A stretch of 64,000 nucleotides of DNA from Candidatus Zhuqueibacterota bacterium. Lineage in GTDB: Bacteria > SM23-31. The notes below the pieces were generated by a model. The model did not search any database, was not told where the DNA came from, and saw only the letters and a list, made by a program, of their open reading frames with translations. The position numbers and the translations under genes were made by a program. Each line of letters begins with the position of its first letter. The stretch's first letter is position 1. The stretch lies in NCBI GenBank assembly GCA_042564455.1, contig JBHPLC010000001.1:23172-87171 (forward strand). The letters run 5' to 3'. Positions 61,506-64,000 of the stretch are shown here, piece by piece.

Positions 61506-61533
61506 GCCTGATAAAGAATTATTAGGCTTTTTT
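61506..61533 (+). terminator. Intrinsic terminator in the spacer upstream of ygeY-like gene
   Basis: GCCTGATAA (61506-61514) / TTATTAGGC (61519-61527) with a 4-nt loop, followed by TTTTTT (61528-61533). Confidence 0.6.
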
Positions 61534-61712
61534 ATTGATTTTCTTTTATCTTTAACATAAATTCTTTTTTGTACTCTTAATCTCAATATAATATTTGAAT
61601 AACAGTACAGATATAGTATTAATCAATTCAAGTATTCGTTTTATCTCCTTCACATCTTTTAAGAATATATTTAATTGAATTATCTCAGTTGAATGCAAAA
61701 TCCGAGTATTTT

Positions 61713-62903
61713 ATGAAGAATAAGATAATTGATATTGCGGATACCCACACCAATGATATTATAAAATTCCTTCGTGAAATAACAGCAATACCATCTTTTA
61801 GCGGAGAAGAAGGTCAGGTTATTGATAGAATCAAATCTGAAATGGAAAAGATCGGCTTTGATGATATTTTTGTTGATCCTTTGGGTAATCTGTTGGGACG
61901 TTTAGGTTCTGGTGAGAAGATCCTTGCGTTTGACGGTCATTGTGATACTGTCGGGATCGGAAATCAGGACCTATGGACTTGTGATCCGTTTAAAGGCGGA
62001 TTTGAGAAAGGTTTGATTTTCGGAAGAGGATGCTGTGATCAAAAAGGTGGCATAGCATCTATGATCTATGCAGCAAAGATATTAAAGGAGATCGGAATTC
62101 CTGAAAACAAAACAATATGGTTTGTCGTTTCGGTTCTTGAAGAAGAATTTGAGGGTTTGAACTGGAAATATATTATCGAAGAGGACAAAATTATCCCGAA
62201 TGCGGTTATATTGACCGAACCCTCAAATTTACAGATAAGAACGGGGCATAAGGGAAGGATAGATATAAAGATCAGGACGGAGGGAATATCCTGTCATGGA
62301 TCTACTCCGGAACTTGGGGAAAATGCGATATATAAAATGGTTCCTATTGTCACTGAAATTGAACAGCTGAATATTAACCTTCCTGAAAAACCGGTTTTCG
62401 GAAAAGGAAGTGTTGCTGTTACTGAGATCAAATCTACTGCTCCGGCAATAAATGCTGTTGCAGACAGCGCAGAGATCCATTTGGACAGAAGATTGACTTC
62501 GGGAGAAACTTTGGAAAGCTCTATAAAGGAACTTGAAGAACTTCCGTCGTTCAAAAATGGTAAGGCTAAGATCAAAATTCCGGCATTTGAAGTAAAAAGC
62601 TACACAGGTCTCAGGTATAATGCCGAGGCTTTTTATGCAACATGGGATATGCAGAAGGACCATCCGCTTGTAAAATCCGCAATTAAAACATATCAGGATA
62701 TTTTTAAGGTTGCAGCTGAGACCGGAATTTGGAATTTCTCAACAAACGGTGTGGCTACAAAAGGCATTTTTGATATCCCGACAATAGGTTTTGGGCCTGG
62801 TGACGATAAATATGCGCATACTCCTGACGAACAGATCCCTGTTGACCATTTGAGCATAGCGGCCGGTTTTTATACACTTTTGGTTCATAATTGTGAAATT
62901 TGA
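61713..62903 (+). CDS. ygeY: M20-family metallohydrolase, YgeY-like (selenium-metabolism-linked hydrolase family)
   Basis: Collinear by recall with E. coli YgeY: 'FLREITAIPSFSGEE', 'MEKIGFDDIFVDPLGN', 'FDGHCDTVGIGN', 'GRGCCDQKGG', 'ISCHGSTPELGENAIYKM', 'WNFSTNG' and 'GFGPGDDKYAHTPDE'. Start taken at ATG 61713; the track uses TTG 61689. Confidence 0.65.
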   Translation: MKNKIIDIADTHTNDIIKFLREITAIPSFSGEEGQVIDRIKSEMEKIGFDDIFVDPLGNLLGRLGSGEKILAFDGHCDTVGIGNQDLWTCDPFKGGFEKGLIFGRGCCDQKGGIASMIYAAKILKEIGIPENKTIWFVVSVLEEEFEGLNWKYIIEEDKIIPNAVILTEPSNLQIRTGHKGRIDIKIRTEGISCHGSTPELGENAIYKMVPIVTEIEQLNINLPEKPVFGKGSVAVTEIKSTAPAINAVADSAEIHLDRRLTSGETLESSIKELEELPSFKNGKAKIKIPAFEVKSYTGLRYNAEAFYATWDMQKDHPLVKSAIKTYQDIFKVAAETGIWNFSTNGVATKGIFDIPTIGFGPGDDKYAHTPDEQIPVDHLSIAAGFYTLLVHNCEI

Positions 62904-62978
62904 TTTTTACATGTAATTAAAAATAATTTAAGTTATGTAATTTATTTTGTTTAAGATTTCGAACTTTTAGGAGAAAAA

Positions 62979-64000
62979 ATGGATTTTAAAGATCTTTCGT
63001 TTTCTGATGCACCTAACATAAAAACTTCTCCTCCGGGACCGATATCAAAAGAATATCTGACTTACCAGTCAGCTAATGAAGGGAATGCCGTTTCATATCC
63101 GAAAGGAATGCCGATGGCTCTTAAGCGGGCTAAAGGTGCGACCGTTGAGGATGTTGACGGTAATATCTATATAGACTTTTTTGGAGGTGCCGGAGTAATA
63201 AACATTGGCCATGGAAATCCGGAAGTCTTAAAAGTAGCACATGAACAGATTGATGAGTTAACTCATTGCCTTGATTTTTCGAATCCCGGTAAAAAGACAA
63301 TGGTCGAAACACTGCTTCAGATCCTTCCTGATGAAATTGACCGGGTGTTTTTTGGTGCGCCGACCGGATCAGATGCAGTGGAAAGTGCTATTAAACTGGC
63401 AAAATATAATACGAAAAAGGTGCCTGTAATTGCTTTTGAGGGCTCATATCACGGTATGACTGCATACGCACTTTCCCTTTGCAGCGGAGATGCATTTAAG
63501 GAAGATTTTCTTCCTCTTATGCCCGAAATTCATTTTGCTCCTTATTCATATTGCTACAGGTGTCCTTTCAAAAAAGAAAGAGATAAATGTGAGATAGAAT
63601 GTGCTCAATATTTTGAACATATTATTGAGGATCCCCATTCGGGAGTGTCACACCCGGCAGCAATTATCGTTGAGCCTATTCAGGGAGAGGGAGGTTCAAT
63701 AGTGCCTCATGAAGGATTCATTCCAAAACTGCGTGAAATTTGTGACAAATATAATGTACTGATGATCCATGATGAAATTCAGGCAGGTTTTTGCCGTACC
63801 GGTAAAATGTTTTCTTTTGAACATACTAAAACCGTACCTGATATAATCACTCTGAGCAAAGCACTGGGCGGTATCGGATTTCCCATATCTGCAATAGCTT
63901 ATAAAAAAAAGCTTGACACATGGCCCCCGGGTAAACATATCGGGACTTTCAGAGGTAATGTTGTCGCATACTCATGCGGTGCAGCCGGTATTTCTTTCAT
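62979..64000 (+). CDS. Class III pyridoxal-phosphate aminotransferase (GABA/ornithine aminotransferase family), 3' end outside window
   Basis: Not in the ORF track because there is no stop in the window. AGGAG lies upstream of ATG 62979. My translation gives 'DVDGNIYIDFFGGAGVINIGHGNP', 'EPIQGEGG', 'LMIHDEIQAGFCRTGKMF' and 'DIITLSKALGG' (PLP lysine). Confidence 0.8.
   Translation, partial: MDFKDLSFSDAPNIKTSPPGPISKEYLTYQSANEGNAVSYPKGMPMALKRAKGATVEDVDGNIYIDFFGGAGVINIGHGNPEVLKVAHEQIDELTHCLDFSNPGKKTMVETLLQILPDEIDRVFFGAPTGSDAVESAIKLAKYNTKKVPVIAFEGSYHGMTAYALSLCSGDAFKEDFLPLMPEIHFAPYSYCYRCPFKKERDKCEIECAQYFEHIIEDPHSGVSHPAAIIVEPIQGEGGSIVPHEGFIPKLREICDKYNVLMIHDEIQAGFCRTGKMFSFEHTKTVPDIITLSKALGGIGFPISAIAYKKKLDTWPPGKHIGTFRGNVVAYSCGAAGISF

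Overview
Bacterial chromosomal window with an AT-rich backbone, many lipobox-bearing lipoproteins and sigma70-like TTGACA/TATAAT promoters; taxon not identifiable from sequence alone. From 1-20.7 kb the content is mostly housekeeping: an RsbW-like anti-sigma kinase (partial), groES-groEL with a perfect CIRCE operator, a lexA-orf84-dinB SOS operon with a GAAC-N4-GTTC box, a Tat-less molybdopterin oxidoreductase with a fused FeS/membrane-anchor subunit, and several peptidases (M28, M16 pair, M23). An initiator-type tRNA(CAU) lies at 20.74 kb. It is followed by a ~28 kb sugar locus: LacI regulator, araB, araD, a FucI-family isomerase, an SSS symporter, two DUF1680/GH127-type beta-L-arabinofuranosidases, a GH27-like alpha-galactosidase, GH51, two metallopeptidases and sortilin-like BNR proteins. 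The 28.4-47.8 kb part of this locus is visibly more GC-rich. The locus ends at a decayed tRNA(CAU) 3' fragment (48.76 kb). A further ~10 kb accessory block ends at a second, more decayed copy (58.9 kb). The right end carries CBS, DASS transporter, YgeY-like M20 hydrolase and class III aminotransferase (partial) genes. The most unusual signal is four in-frame TGA codons in three secreted beta-propeller lipoprotein genes. Two tandem BNR paralogs carry the TGA at the same alignment column, and a TolB-like gene carries two. All have intact downstream reading frames, although TGA is a normal terminator elsewhere in the window. This suggests site-specific UGA read-through or recoding. No CRISPR array, integrase or transposase was seen.
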